In this document: in pieces, positions 37,233 to 45,677 of the stretch
Layout: the number at the start of each line of letters is the position of its first letter
Numbering within the stretch: the stretch's first letter is position 1
DNA from: an uncultured Clostridia bacterium
GTDB lineage: Bacteria; Bacillota; Clostridia; TANB77; CAG-508
DNA length: 64,000 bases
Assembly: GCA_934162255.1 (NCBI GenBank)
Contig: CAKPIG010000005.1
Span: 18,480 to 82,479 of the forward strand
Reading direction: 5' to 3'
Program-made: the position numbers and the translations under genes
Notes under the pieces: generated by a model
Databases searched by the model: none
What the model was told of the DNA's origin: nothing
The model's input: only the letters and a program-made list of their open reading frames with translations

Positions 37233-37931
37233 CTAGCTCTCTCTCATTTTAGAAATTATACTTATGTATTTTAGTTTGCCTATTACTATGTGGTCAAGTA
37301 ATTCTATTCCTAGTATTTGGGCTGCTTTTTCTACTTTTATAGTAAATTCAAAGTCTTCATTGCTTGGCGTTGGATCACCTCCTGGGTGATTATGTACTAA
37401 AATTATTTTTGGTGCTTCTACTTTTACAGCTTCATTTAATACTGATTTTATTGTTGCTACAACAAAATTTCCGCTTCCTTTTGCTACATCTTTTATTTTG
37501 ATTACATTATTTTTTCCGTCAAGAATAACTACTTTAAGTATCTCTTGTTTTTCAAATCTCATTTCTTTCATTAGTAATTCTGCTACATCGCTTGGTCTTG
37601 TAATTTTTGTTTTCCTTTCTTGTACTGTGGTGTTCATTCTATTTGAAAATTCACATAAGGCTTTTATTTGTATAGCTTTTACTTTTCCTATTCCTTTTAT
37701 TTTTATCAGTTCCTGAATTGTAATGTCTCTTAAAAAATTTAGATTGTCTTTTTCTATATCTTCATTAAGTTGTAAAATTCTCTGTGCTAGTCCAACTGAT
37801 GTTTCTTCTTTAGTTCCTGTTTTTATTATTATTGCAAGTAACTCTGCATTTGTTAACATCTTTTCGCCATATTTTTCTAATTTCTCATATGGCCTTTCTG
37901 ATTCTGGTAATTCTTTTATTTTTATTGGCAC
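37233..37931 (-). CDS. radC: RadC-family JAB-domain protein
   Basis: N-terminal ERPYEKL...NAELLAIII and the JAMM motif HNHPGGDPTPSNED. Confidence 0.85.
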   Translation of the reverse strand: MPIKIKELPESERPYEKLEKYGEKMLTNAELLAIIIKTGTKEETSVGLAQRILQLNEDIEKDNLNFLRDITIQELIKIKGIGKVKAIQIKALCEFSNRMNTTVQERKTKITRPSDVAELLMKEMRFEKQEILKVVILDGKNNVIKIKDVAKGSGNFVVATIKSVLNEAVKVEAPKIILVHNHPGGDPTPSNEDFEFTIKVEKAAQILGIELLDHIVIGKLKYISIISKMRES

Positions 37932-38115
37932 TTTTTCCTCCTATCATTCGTGCCCCTTACGGAAATTACTTTTTCGCCTTGCCATTATTATATATTGATT
38001 TTGTGTTTTTTTCAAGTCTTATACTATTTTTTTCATATTTAATTACCAAATTTTGTTTCTTTAAATATAATACAATTAGTAGTATAATATAAGTATAGTT
38101 ATATGGAGGTTTTAC

Positions 38116-38655
38116 ATGAAATTCGAAAAATTAAATGATAATAAAATTAGGATTTTTATTCCGAACGATGATATAAATTTTTCTGCTAATATGTTTTTTT
38201 CTAATAGCAATGTTTCTCAAGAGGTTATTCAGTATATTCTTAATAAAGCCGAAAAGAGTATTGGATTTGAAACAGGCGATTCTGAACTATTAGTAGAAGC
38301 TATATCTTCTGATTCAAATTTTATTATTACTATAACAAAGCTTACCATATATAATAATCATGATATGTTTTCTTCAAATTTAATCTTTAAATTTAATAAT
38401 ATTGATGCTTTTTTAGATTTTAAAGATAGTTTAATTTGCTTTAAAAACTTTAAATATGGTTTTGAGACTTGTTCTCTGATTTTATATAATAATTATTTAT
38501 ATTTATACATATTTGATTTAAATATTCCCTCAAGTTTTATAAGCTTATTATCTGAATTTTCAACACAAATTGAATATTCAGATAAATTTGATGGTATACT
38601 GCACGAATATGGAAGAGTTCTTTCAAACAAAATAGAAAATGGTATCTTTTTTTGA
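38116..38655 (+). CDS. MecA-like adaptor protein (tentative)
   Basis: 179 aa. The N-terminus MKFEKLNDNKIRIFIPNDDI ... LLVEAISSDSNFIITITKL parallels the N-terminal domain pattern of MecA. This is a by-eye call only. Confidence 0.4.
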   Translation: MKFEKLNDNKIRIFIPNDDINFSANMFFSNSNVSQEVIQYILNKAEKSIGFETGDSELLVEAISSDSNFIITITKLTIYNNHDMFSSNLIFKFNNIDAFLDFKDSLICFKNFKYGFETCSLILYNNYLYLYIFDLNIPSSFISLLSEFSTQIEYSDKFDGILHEYGRVLSNKIENGIFF

Positions 38656-38667
38656 TACCATTTTTTA
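38639..38667. terminator. Bidirectional terminator
   Basis: ATGGTATC-ttttttt-GATACCAT followed by T6. It overlaps both convergent stop codons. Confidence 0.7.
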
Positions 38668-39675
38668 ATATAAGTAATTTTGAGGATTATATGCTACTCC
38701 TCCAACTCTAATTTCTAAATGAAGATGATTTCCTGTGCTATTTCCTGTACTACCAACTTCTGCAATTGCTTGTCCTTGCTCTACATATGTTCCAGCTTGG
38801 TAATATAATTTACTACAATGTCCATAATAAGTTTCTACACCATTACTATGTGTTATCACTATTAAATTTCCATATGAACCTTTTCTTCCAGAATAAGTTA
38901 CTGTTCCTGATGCAGCAGCTTTTATTGGAGTTCCTCTAGGTGCTGCTATATCCAATCCTGTATGACTGCTTGACCTTATACTACTTATTGCTCCAAATCT
39001 TGACGTTATTTGTCCTGATATTGGTCTTATTAAGTCTAATCCTAATGATACTTTTTGATATGAGACATTTGTTGATGTATTAACTCTTCCCGTTGAAGCT
39101 ACAACTGTTGGTTGTTTTTTAGGTTTTTCTACTACTTTTTGCACATATAATGATGCAACAGTATCTTCTATTGATGAAAAGTCTATCATGTGATTTTCAT
39201 ATAGTTCTACTATTGAAATTTTATCTATATTTGTGCTTTCTTTTTCTTTTAATTGCTCTACTATTTTTTCTGCTGAAGCAAAATCTGAAACATATGCTTT
39301 TTCTTCTTCTCCTTCTGCTATAGCATAATATTTATAATAAACAACTCCACTTTCTTTTACTTTTTTAAATATTTCATCATCATTTGTTGTTATATTTCTT
39401 TTTAATAAACACATTTTATATTCTGGTAGATTATCTACTTGTGCAAATGCTATATTTGAATTTGACTCATCTCCACCATTTTCTATAAAATTATTTATTT
39501 TTGCTTGTAATTTACTTTTATCTTTGCTATATCCTACAAATTCTCCATTTATTGTTACACTATAAATAGGCTTAAAAAATAATGCTACTGCACATATTAT
39601 TAAAAATATTGAAACTGATATAAGTATTGTAAGTTTCATGGATTTTCTTGCAAATACTAATATGTGTTTTATCAT
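38665..39675 (-). CDS. M23-family peptidoglycan endopeptidase with N-terminal membrane anchor
   Basis: HTGLDIAAPRGTPI and GNHLHLEI motifs. I prefer the ATG at 39675 after AAGGAGA. Confidence 0.85.
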   Translation of the reverse strand: MIKHILVFARKSMKLTILISVSIFLIICAVALFFKPIYSVTINGEFVGYSKDKSKLQAKINNFIENGGDESNSNIAFAQVDNLPEYKMCLLKRNITTNDDEIFKKVKESGVVYYKYYAIAEGEEEKAYVSDFASAEKIVEQLKEKESTNIDKISIVELYENHMIDFSSIEDTVASLYVQKVVEKPKKQPTVVASTGRVNTSTNVSYQKVSLGLDLIRPISGQITSRFGAISSIRSSSHTGLDIAAPRGTPIKAAASGTVTYSGRKGSYGNLIVITHSNGVETYYGHCSKLYYQAGTYVEQGQAIAEVGSTGNSTGNHLHLEIRVGGVAYNPQNYLY

Positions 39676-39817
39676 TTTATATCTCCTTGTATATTTTTGC
39701 CTATATTGTATATTATTGTATTCAGTTTTAGCAATATTTCTCATATTGAATTTATTAGGTATTTTCTTATGTTTTCTCTTTTTTTCTTTTTTTTTCTCGT
39801 TTTTTTAGAAAACAACA

Positions 39818-39852
39818 CAAAAAAACAGAAGAATTCTTTTCTTCTGTTTTTA
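39818..39852 (-). terminator. Terminator downstream of the paralog pair
   Basis: Stem ACAGAAGA / TCTTCTGT (39825..39832 and 39840..39847), followed on the minus strand by a T7 run. Confidence 0.75.
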
Positions 39853-39857
39853 TATAA

Positions 39858-40355
39858 CTATGGTTGTACAGGTGCTGCAGTTAATGATACTGTTATTTTT
39901 CCTGATGGACTTGTTGATATAGGTGTTTTTATTAGTTCAACTTTTACAGTTACTGTAGCTGTTTTTCCAGTTGTGATTGCTGCTGTTGTTGAAGGTGTTG
40001 CTGTAACTTTGAAGTATTCTGTATCTGTTATTGATGCAGCTGCTACTGCTATTTTAGCAGATAAATCTGGACTTGCATTAGTTACTGTAAATGTTGCTGT
40101 TGCACTATCTCCTTTTGCTGTTAGTCCTGATACTGTCATTGTTGCATTTTTATCATCTGTAATAGTTGCTTCTGTTACATGTGTACCTTTTGTTGGTGTT
40201 CCTGTAAATTTAACTTTGAAGTTTGCATCACTTGGAACAGCTGCTGCTGTACCATTAATATTTAATGTAATATTGCTTATTGCAGCATATGCTACTCCTA
40301 AAATTACAATTGCTGCAACTACAATTAATGCTATTATAAGATTTTTGTTTTTCAT
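39858..40355 (-). CDS. Small secreted Thr/Ala-rich protein, TasA/camelysin-like candidate (paralog 2)
   Basis: 165 aa. The leader MKNKNLIIALIVVAAIVILGVAYAAISNITLNINGTA resembles a SipW-type signal region (compare TasA GGGTWAAFND). LTAKGDSATATFTVTNASPDLSAKI matches the TasA-like L..GD.....F.V.N...L pattern. It has no Cys and no LPXTG. Confidence 0.75.
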   Translation of the reverse strand: MKNKNLIIALIVVAAIVILGVAYAAISNITLNINGTAAAVPSDANFKVKFTGTPTKGTHVTEATITDDKNATMTVSGLTAKGDSATATFTVTNASPDLSAKIAVAAASITDTEYFKVTATPSTTAAITTGKTATVTVKVELIKTPISTSPSGKITVSLTAAPVQP

Positions 40356-40383
40356 TCTTTATTTTCCTTTCTCTTTTATTAAA

Positions 40384-40878
40384 TTATGCTGTTGGTTGAG
40401 CTGGTGCTGCAACTAATTTTACTTGGATAGTAGCAGATTGATTTCCTGTTATTGGAGTTTTCAATAATTCAACTGTTACTGTTACTGTTGCACTAGCTCC
40501 TTTTGCTAAAGATGTTGGTGTTACAGTTTGTGTTACCTTAAAGTAATCTGTATTACTATTAGTATTTGTTACTGTAAGATTTGCTGTTAAATCAGGACTT
40601 GAGTTTTTTACTGTATATGTTGCTGTTGCTTTGTCTCCTTTTGCCGTTAATCCTGTTACTGTCATTGTTGCAGTTTTATCATCTGTTAATTTTGCTGTTG
40701 CTCCTCCTGTTGCTGTTGGTGTTCCTGTAAATCCAACACTAAAGTTTGATTGTGATGGAGATGCTGCTGCTGTACCATTAATATTTAATGATATATTACT
40801 TATTGCTGCATATGCAACCCCCAAAATTACAATTGCTGCAACTACAATTGCTGCAATTACAAGTTTTTTGTTTTTCAT
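40384..40878 (-). CDS. Small secreted Thr/Ala-rich protein, TasA/camelysin-like candidate (paralog 1)
   Basis: 164 aa. The first 40 or so residues are nearly identical to the downstream paralog. It contains LTAKGDKATATYTVKNSSPDLTANL. The two genes are 28 nt apart. Confidence 0.75.
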   Translation of the reverse strand: MKNKKLVIAAIVVAAIVILGVAYAAISNISLNINGTAAASPSQSNFSVGFTGTPTATGGATAKLTDDKTATMTVTGLTAKGDKATATYTVKNSSPDLTANLTVTNTNSNTDYFKVTQTVTPTSLAKGASATVTVTVELLKTPITGNQSATIQVKLVAAPAQPTA

Positions 40879-40940
40879 ACTCTTTTATTTTAGCTATTGC
40901 TAAAATTCCCCCCCTTTCTTATATATGTTAATCTATTCTG

Positions 40941-40968
40941 ATTATAGCATTTGAGATGTAAAAGTCAA
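40941..40968 (-). promoter_or_regulatory. Sigma-A promoter of the paralog operon
   Basis: On the minus strand: TTGACT (40968..40963), a 16-nt spacer, then TGC-TATAAT (extended -10, TATAAT at 40946..40941). Confidence 0.6.
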
Positions 40969-40983
40969 CAGATTTCGACTTAA

Positions 40984-41020
40984 TGTAATATTTGTAACAC
41001 AAATGTAATATTATTGTAAT
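40984..41020 (+). promoter_or_regulatory. Phased TGTAAT direct-repeat element, copy C
   Basis: Hexamers are TGTAAT at 40984, TGTAAC at 40993, TGTAAT at 41004 and TGTAAT at 41015 (spacings 9, 11, 11). The core TGTAATATTTGTAACACAAATGTAAT matches copies A and B. It starts 16 nt upstream of the -35 of the paralog promoter and is inverted relative to transcription. Confidence 0.55.
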
Positions 41021-41048
41021 AAAAGAAGGAATACATATCCTGTACTCC

Positions 41049-41297
41049 CTATCCTTGTTGTAATTCAGTTTTTAATGTTTCAATTTCTGTTACTGTAGCT
41101 TTTTGTGCCGTTTTATAATATCCTTTTGAATTTGCTACTTTAAATAACTCATATTGAAAGCTTTCATCACTGTTTCTTATTTGTTGTAAAGTTTGTCTCA
41201 ATTGCATATTTTCAGCTTCAGATATTGCTGTTTGATATGCAGTTAAGTCAGCTTTTACACTTCCTAATATGTCATTTACCATTGTTTTTTCATCCAT
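41049..41297 (-). CDS. Spore coat protein, CotF-domain family
   Basis: About 82 aa. DILGSVKADLTAYQTAISEAENMQLRQTLQQIRNSDESFQYELF follows the Coat_F pattern. I prefer the ATG at 41297 after AGGGAGA. Confidence 0.6.
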   Translation of the reverse strand: MDEKTMVNDILGSVKADLTAYQTAISEAENMQLRQTLQQIRNSDESFQYELFKVANSKGYYKTAQKATVTEIETLKTELQQG

Positions 41298-41314
41298 AAC
41301 CAAAATCTCCCTTA

Positions 41315-41503
41315 CTAATTATTCAAAAAACTCATTAATTTTTGTTTTGTGTTTAATGCATCTTGTGCTGACTTTGTAAACATTTGCTTTATCTGAGCAT
41401 CTTGAACTTGATTTGAATATGCAGTTAATTTTTGATATGCAGTTTCATGAGCTCCAATCAAATGTCTTAAATTTTGCAATTCTGCTTGTGTTAAATCTGC
41501 CAT
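41315..41503 (-). CDS. Small coat-associated protein (partner of the CotF-like gene)
   Basis: 62 aa with ATG at 41503. LTQAELQNLRHLIGAHETAYQKL... resembles the small ORFs usually paired with CotF-like genes. Tentative. Confidence 0.45.
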   Translation of the reverse strand: MADLTQAELQNLRHLIGAHETAYQKLTAYSNQVQDAQIKQMFTKSAQDALNTKQKLMSFLNN

Positions 41504-41563
41504 TATAATCACCCTTTCTAATATTTTATAAATTTATTATGCACTTTTAATAAAAAGTTATAC

Positions 41564-41592
41564 AAAAAAAGAAGCATATTCGCTTCTTTTTT
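41564..41592 (-). terminator. Terminator downstream of pcrA
   Basis: AGAAGC-atattc-GCTTCT flanked by A7 and T6 runs. Confidence 0.7.
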
Positions 41593-41594
41593 GA

Positions 41595-43871
41595 TTATAT
41601 AATTTCTAAATTGGCAAATTTGGCCATTAATCTCTTATGTCCAACTTTATCAAAATTTATATCTACTTTTAAGTCATTTCCCTCTTCTTCAACATAATTT
41701 ATTGTTCCTTCACCAAATTTTTTGTGATATACTCTCACTCCTGATTGATATCCTGATAAATCCATATTTTTAGGTTCATTATTTTTAGTCAAATTATTTA
41801 AGAAACTTTCTGCAGTTCTAAAAGCAAATCCATTATTTGATTTTGCGGCCGCATATACAGGTTCTGAGTTTTTATAAATTTTAACATCAGAATTACTTCT
41901 ACTTCCATAGCTCCAAGTATAATTACTTTCTGGTATAGAAGCAGGTTCTTCATATCCATCTAGCAATTCCTTAGGTATTTCTTGTAAAAATCTTGATGGA
42001 GGATTATGTGTTGTTGAGCCAAATGTTGTACGTTGTTTACTATTTGTTAAATATAATTTTTCTTTAGCTCTAGTAACTCCTACATAGCATAAACGTCTTT
42101 CTTCTTCTAGTTCTTTTTGTTCTACAATTGATTTATATCCTGGAAATACGCCTTCCTCCATTCCTACTAAAAATACTACTGGGAATTCCAAACCTTTTGC
42201 ACTATGTAATGTCATTAATGTTACAGATTCTTCTGTTTCTTCCATATTATCTAAGTCACTTGAAAGTGTTATTCCTTCTAAGAAGTCGCTTAATCCATTT
42301 TCTGCTGATTCTTCTTCAAATTCTATTGCTACATTTAAAAATTCTTCTAAATTAGCAATTCTATTTTCTGCTTCTTGTGTTTTTTCATTTTCTAATGCTG
42401 CCATATATCCACTATCTTTTAATATCTTTTTTATTAATTCAGATATTGACATTTCATCTTTTTGTGCTCTTATATTTTCAATAAAATTCACAAATTCTCT
42501 TGAATTTGAATATACTCTATTAAGCCCATATTGTTCTGCATTTTTTATTATTTCATACATTGATGTATTTGCTTGTTTCGCAATACTCGCAATATTATCT
42601 AGACTTGTTTTTCCTATTCCCCTTTTAGGTTCATTTATTATTCTATTTAAGCTTAAATTATCTGATGGATTTTGAATTAATCTTAAATATGAAATTGTAT
42701 CTTTTATTTCTTTTCTTTCATAGAATTTCAATCCACCAATAATTTTATATGGTATTGCTTCTCTTCTTAGTATTTCCTCTATTGCTCTTGATTGGGTATT
42801 CATTCTATATAGCACTGCAAAATCAGAGTATTTTAGTTGTTCTTCTCTTCTTAAATGCTCTATTTGTTCTACTATATATCTTCCTTCATCATATTCATTG
42901 TCTGCTGTGAATACTTTTGGTAATTCTCCTTTTTCATTTTCAGTCCATAATTTTTTATCATATTTTACTTCATTGTTTTTTATTACCGCATTTGCTACAT
43001 TTAAAATATTTCCTGTGCATCTATAATTTTGCTCTAATTTTATTATTTTTGTTCCTGGAAAGTCCTTTTCAAAATTTAGTATATTTGATATATCTGCCCC
43101 TCTAAAGCTATAAATTCCTTGGTCATTATCTCCAACAGCCGTAATGTTTCCATGTTTTGATGCCAACATGGTTACTAATGTAAATTGTGATTTGTTTGTA
43201 TCTTGATACTCATCTACTAAAATATATTTAAATTTGTCAGAATAATATTGTAATACGTCTTCATTTTCCATTAAAATTTTTATTGTATAATTTATTATAT
43301 CATCAAAATCTATTGCATTATTTTCTTTAAGCTTTCTTTGATATATTTTATAGACTTCTGCTATTTTTTCTTTTCTGAATTCTCCTTGTGCTCTTACTAA
43401 ATATTCTTCAGGTTCTAACATTTCATTTTTGGCATTACTTATTTCAGATATTACAGATCTATCACTAAATATTTTTTCATCATATTCTAGTTCTTTCAAT
43501 ATTTGTTTAACCATTGTTCTTTGATCTGTTGTATCAAATATTATAAATGAAGAATCAAAACCAATTCTGTCTATAAATTTTCTTAAAATTCTTACACATA
43601 TTGAATGAAAAGTTCCTACCCACATTTCTTTTGCAGCCTCTCCAACTAACATTTCAATTCTTTCTTTCATTTCATTTGCCGCTTTATTTGTAAATGTTAT
43701 TGCTAATATATTCCATGGTAAAACTCTTTTTTCTTGCATTAAATATGCTATTTTATGTGTTAATACTTTTGTTTTTCCACTTCCTGCACCTGCTATTACT
43801 AAGCATGGTCCTTCTGTATTTGTCACTGCTTCATATTGTTTATCATTTAATCCTTTTAGTATTTCGTCCAT
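41595..43871 (-). CDS. pcrA: ATP-dependent DNA helicase PcrA (UvrD family)
   Basis: 758 aa with Walker A GAGSGKTKVL, DEYQDTN, and a C-terminal Tudor-like tail typical of PcrA. Confidence 0.9.
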   Translation of the reverse strand: MDEILKGLNDKQYEAVTNTEGPCLVIAGAGSGKTKVLTHKIAYLMQEKRVLPWNILAITFTNKAANEMKERIEMLVGEAAKEMWVGTFHSICVRILRKFIDRIGFDSSFIIFDTTDQRTMVKQILKELEYDEKIFSDRSVISEISNAKNEMLEPEEYLVRAQGEFRKEKIAEVYKIYQRKLKENNAIDFDDIINYTIKILMENEDVLQYYSDKFKYILVDEYQDTNKSQFTLVTMLASKHGNITAVGDNDQGIYSFRGADISNILNFEKDFPGTKIIKLEQNYRCTGNILNVANAVIKNNEVKYDKKLWTENEKGELPKVFTADNEYDEGRYIVEQIEHLRREEQLKYSDFAVLYRMNTQSRAIEEILRREAIPYKIIGGLKFYERKEIKDTISYLRLIQNPSDNLSLNRIINEPKRGIGKTSLDNIASIAKQANTSMYEIIKNAEQYGLNRVYSNSREFVNFIENIRAQKDEMSISELIKKILKDSGYMAALENEKTQEAENRIANLEEFLNVAIEFEEESAENGLSDFLEGITLSSDLDNMEETEESVTLMTLHSAKGLEFPVVFLVGMEEGVFPGYKSIVEQKELEEERRLCYVGVTRAKEKLYLTNSKQRTTFGSTTHNPPSRFLQEIPKELLDGYEEPASIPESNYTWSYGSRSNSDVKIYKNSEPVYAAAKSNNGFAFRTAESFLNNLTKNNEPKNMDLSGYQSGVRVYHKKFGEGTINYVEEEGNDLKVDINFDKVGHKRLMAKFANLEII

Positions 43872-43943
43872 TATTCTTCCCTTTCTTTTCTCAAATATGT
43901 GTTTGTATTTTACTATACTTTTTATATTTTTGCAATACTTTAT

Positions 43944-43977
43944 AAAAAAATTCCTAGCATCTGCTAGGAACTTTTTT
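43944..43977 (-). terminator. Terminator downstream of hsp20
   Basis: TTCCTAGC-atct-GCTAGGAA (43951..43970), flanked by an A7 run and a T-rich run. Confidence 0.75.
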
Positions 43978-44395
43978 AATCTTCTATCTCTATATATTTT
44001 TTTTCAGGTAATGCTTCTTTTTCTTCTATTTTTGGAACTTCAATTTTTAATGTTCCTCTCTTGAATGTTGCTTTTATATCTTCGTTTTTAACTGCTTCTC
44101 CTACAAAAAAGCTTCTTGAACATTCTCCTACATATCTTTCTCTTCTTACAAATTTACCCTTTTCTTTTTCTTCTTCATTGCTATTCATTGATGCTTGTAC
44201 TGTTAAATATCCATCTTCTACAGAAATTTTTATGTTTTCTTTATCATATCCTGGTAAATCAATTTCAATTAAATATTTGTCAGCCTTTTCTCTAATATCT
44301 GTTTTCATTATTTTGTTTTCATGTTCTATGAAAAATGGATCTCTAAACATTCCTCCAAACAAATCAAAATCATTTTTTCTTGGTATCATCATCAT
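43976..44395 (-). CDS. Small heat-shock protein, Hsp20/alpha-crystallin family
   Basis: 139 aa with the alpha-crystallin domain DIREKADKYLIEIDLPGYDKENIKISVEDGYLTV ... GTLKIEVPK. Confidence 0.9.
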   Translation of the reverse strand: MMMIPRKNDFDLFGGMFRDPFFIEHENKIMKTDIREKADKYLIEIDLPGYDKENIKISVEDGYLTVQASMNSNEEEKEKGKFVRRERYVGECSRSFFVGEAVKNEDIKATFKRGTLKIEVPKIEEKEALPEKKYIEIED

Positions 44396-44475
44396 ATCAA
44401 TCTACTCCCTTTCATCTTATGTGTTGACAGCACATATTTAATTTGTAAAGTTTATCTTTTCCCTTTACATTTTAA

Positions 44476-44503
44476 ATTATACCACCTTTTTTAGCAATGT
44501 CAA
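44476..44503 (-). promoter_or_regulatory. Sigma-A promoter of hsp20
   Basis: On the minus strand: TTGACA (44503..44498), a 16-nt spacer, then TATAAT (44481..44476). Confidence 0.65.
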
Positions 44504-44517
44504 TATATGAGTGCTAA
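44491..44517. promoter_or_regulatory. CIRCE-like inverted repeat (HrcA operator)
   Basis: TTAGCAATG-N9-GAGTGCTAA compared with the consensus TTAGCACTC-N9-GAGTGCTAA. The right arm is perfect and the left arm has 2 mismatches. It overlaps the -35 of the hsp20 promoter. Confidence 0.7.
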
Positions 44518-44541
44518 AATTCACACAATTTTCACATTCTT

Positions 44542-45603
44542 TTAAGACTCTTCTCCATTAAGCTTTTCAGCCCTATCTGCCGCACTTAAATTATCAATCA
44601 TTTCGTCTAAGTCACCATTTAAAAAGTTTTCCATTTGGAATATGCTCATTCCTATTCTGTGGTCAGTTATACGGCCTTGTGGATAATTATATGTTCTGAT
44701 TTTTTCACTCCTATCTCCACTACCTACTTGTATTTTTCTTGCATTTGATATTTCTGATTCTTGTTTTTCTTTTTCTATATTATATAGTCTTGATCTTAAC
44801 ATTTTCATTGCATATTCTCTATTTTGTAATTGTGAACGCTCTGTTTGACATTCAACTACAATCCCTGTTGGTTCATGTATAAGTCTTACTGCTGATGAAG
44901 TTTTATTAATATGTTGTCCTCCAGCTCCTGAAGCTCTGAATACTTCCATTTTTATGTCTGCAGGATTTATTTCTATTTCAACATCTTCTACTACAGGTAA
45001 TACTGCCACTGTTGCTGTTGAAGTATGAATTCTTCCACTGCTTTCAGTATCTGGAACTCTTTGTACTCTATGAACTCCACTCTCAAATTTTAATCTACTA
45101 TATGCTCCTTTTCCATTTACCATAAATGAAATTTCTTTATACCCACCGAGTTCAGTTTCATTTTCATTTAAAACTTCAATTTTCCAATGTTTTCTTTCCG
45201 CATACATTGAATACATTCTAAATAGTGTTCCTGCAAATAATGCTGCTTCTTCTCCTCCAGCTCCTGCACGAATTTCACAAATAATATTGTTATCATCATT
45301 TGGATCTTTTGGAATTAATAACATTTTTAGTTCTTCTTCTATCTTTGGAAGATTTTCCTTTGCTTCATAAAACTCTGCTTCAGCAAGTTCTTTTAGTTCT
45401 TTATCTTCCATCATTTCCTTTGCTTCGTCCATTCTTTGTTTTTCTTTTTTATACTCTCTATATTTCATAACCACTTCTTCTATAGAGCTATGTTCTTTTA
45501 TTAATTTTTGCCATTCTGCTTGATTTGCAATTATTTCTGGATCACTTATTAATTTTGTTAATTCCTCATATCTTGTCTCTACGCCTTCTAATTTATCAAA
45601 CAT
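44542..45603 (-). CDS. prfA: Peptide chain release factor 1
   Basis: 353 aa with GGQ ([11 protein letters not shown]) and an RF1-type PxT tripeptide (RVPDTES). Confidence 0.9.
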   Translation of the reverse strand: MFDKLEGVETRYEELTKLISDPEIIANQAEWQKLIKEHSSIEEVVMKYREYKKEKQRMDEAKEMMEDKELKELAEAEFYEAKENLPKIEEELKMLLIPKDPNDDNNIICEIRAGAGGEEAALFAGTLFRMYSMYAERKHWKIEVLNENETELGGYKEISFMVNGKGAYSRLKFESGVHRVQRVPDTESSGRIHTSTATVAVLPVVEDVEIEINPADIKMEVFRASGAGGQHINKTSSAVRLIHEPTGIVVECQTERSQLQNREYAMKMLRSRLYNIEKEKQESEISNARKIQVGSGDRSEKIRTYNYPQGRITDHRIGMSIFQMENFLNGDLDEMIDNLSAADRAEKLNGEES

Positions 45604-45636
45604 TTTTATCTCTCCTTTTTTATTTTTGACTTTTCT

Positions 45637-45665
45637 ATTATACTACATAATGGCGGTTTTTTCAA
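45637..45665 (-). promoter_or_regulatory. Sigma-A promoter upstream of prfA
   Basis: On the minus strand: TTGAAA (45665..45660), a 17-nt spacer, then TATAAT (45642..45637). Confidence 0.55.
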
Positions 45666-45677
45666 GCAGTCTGGCTT

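Noticed and set aside
39664-40416. A 250-aa ORF on the plus strand, antisense to the M23 peptidase start and to the TasA-like paralog. Similar long antisense ORFs occur at 58442..59215, 25548..26102, 8011..8532, 36746..37252, 32822..33361, 30049..30507 and 17074..17577.
   Set aside because: These are shadow ORFs opposite well-supported genes. Their translations are low-complexity (Phe/Leu/Ile/Ser-rich, or the Ala/Val mirror of Thr/Ala coding). They have no RBS and no recognisable domains.
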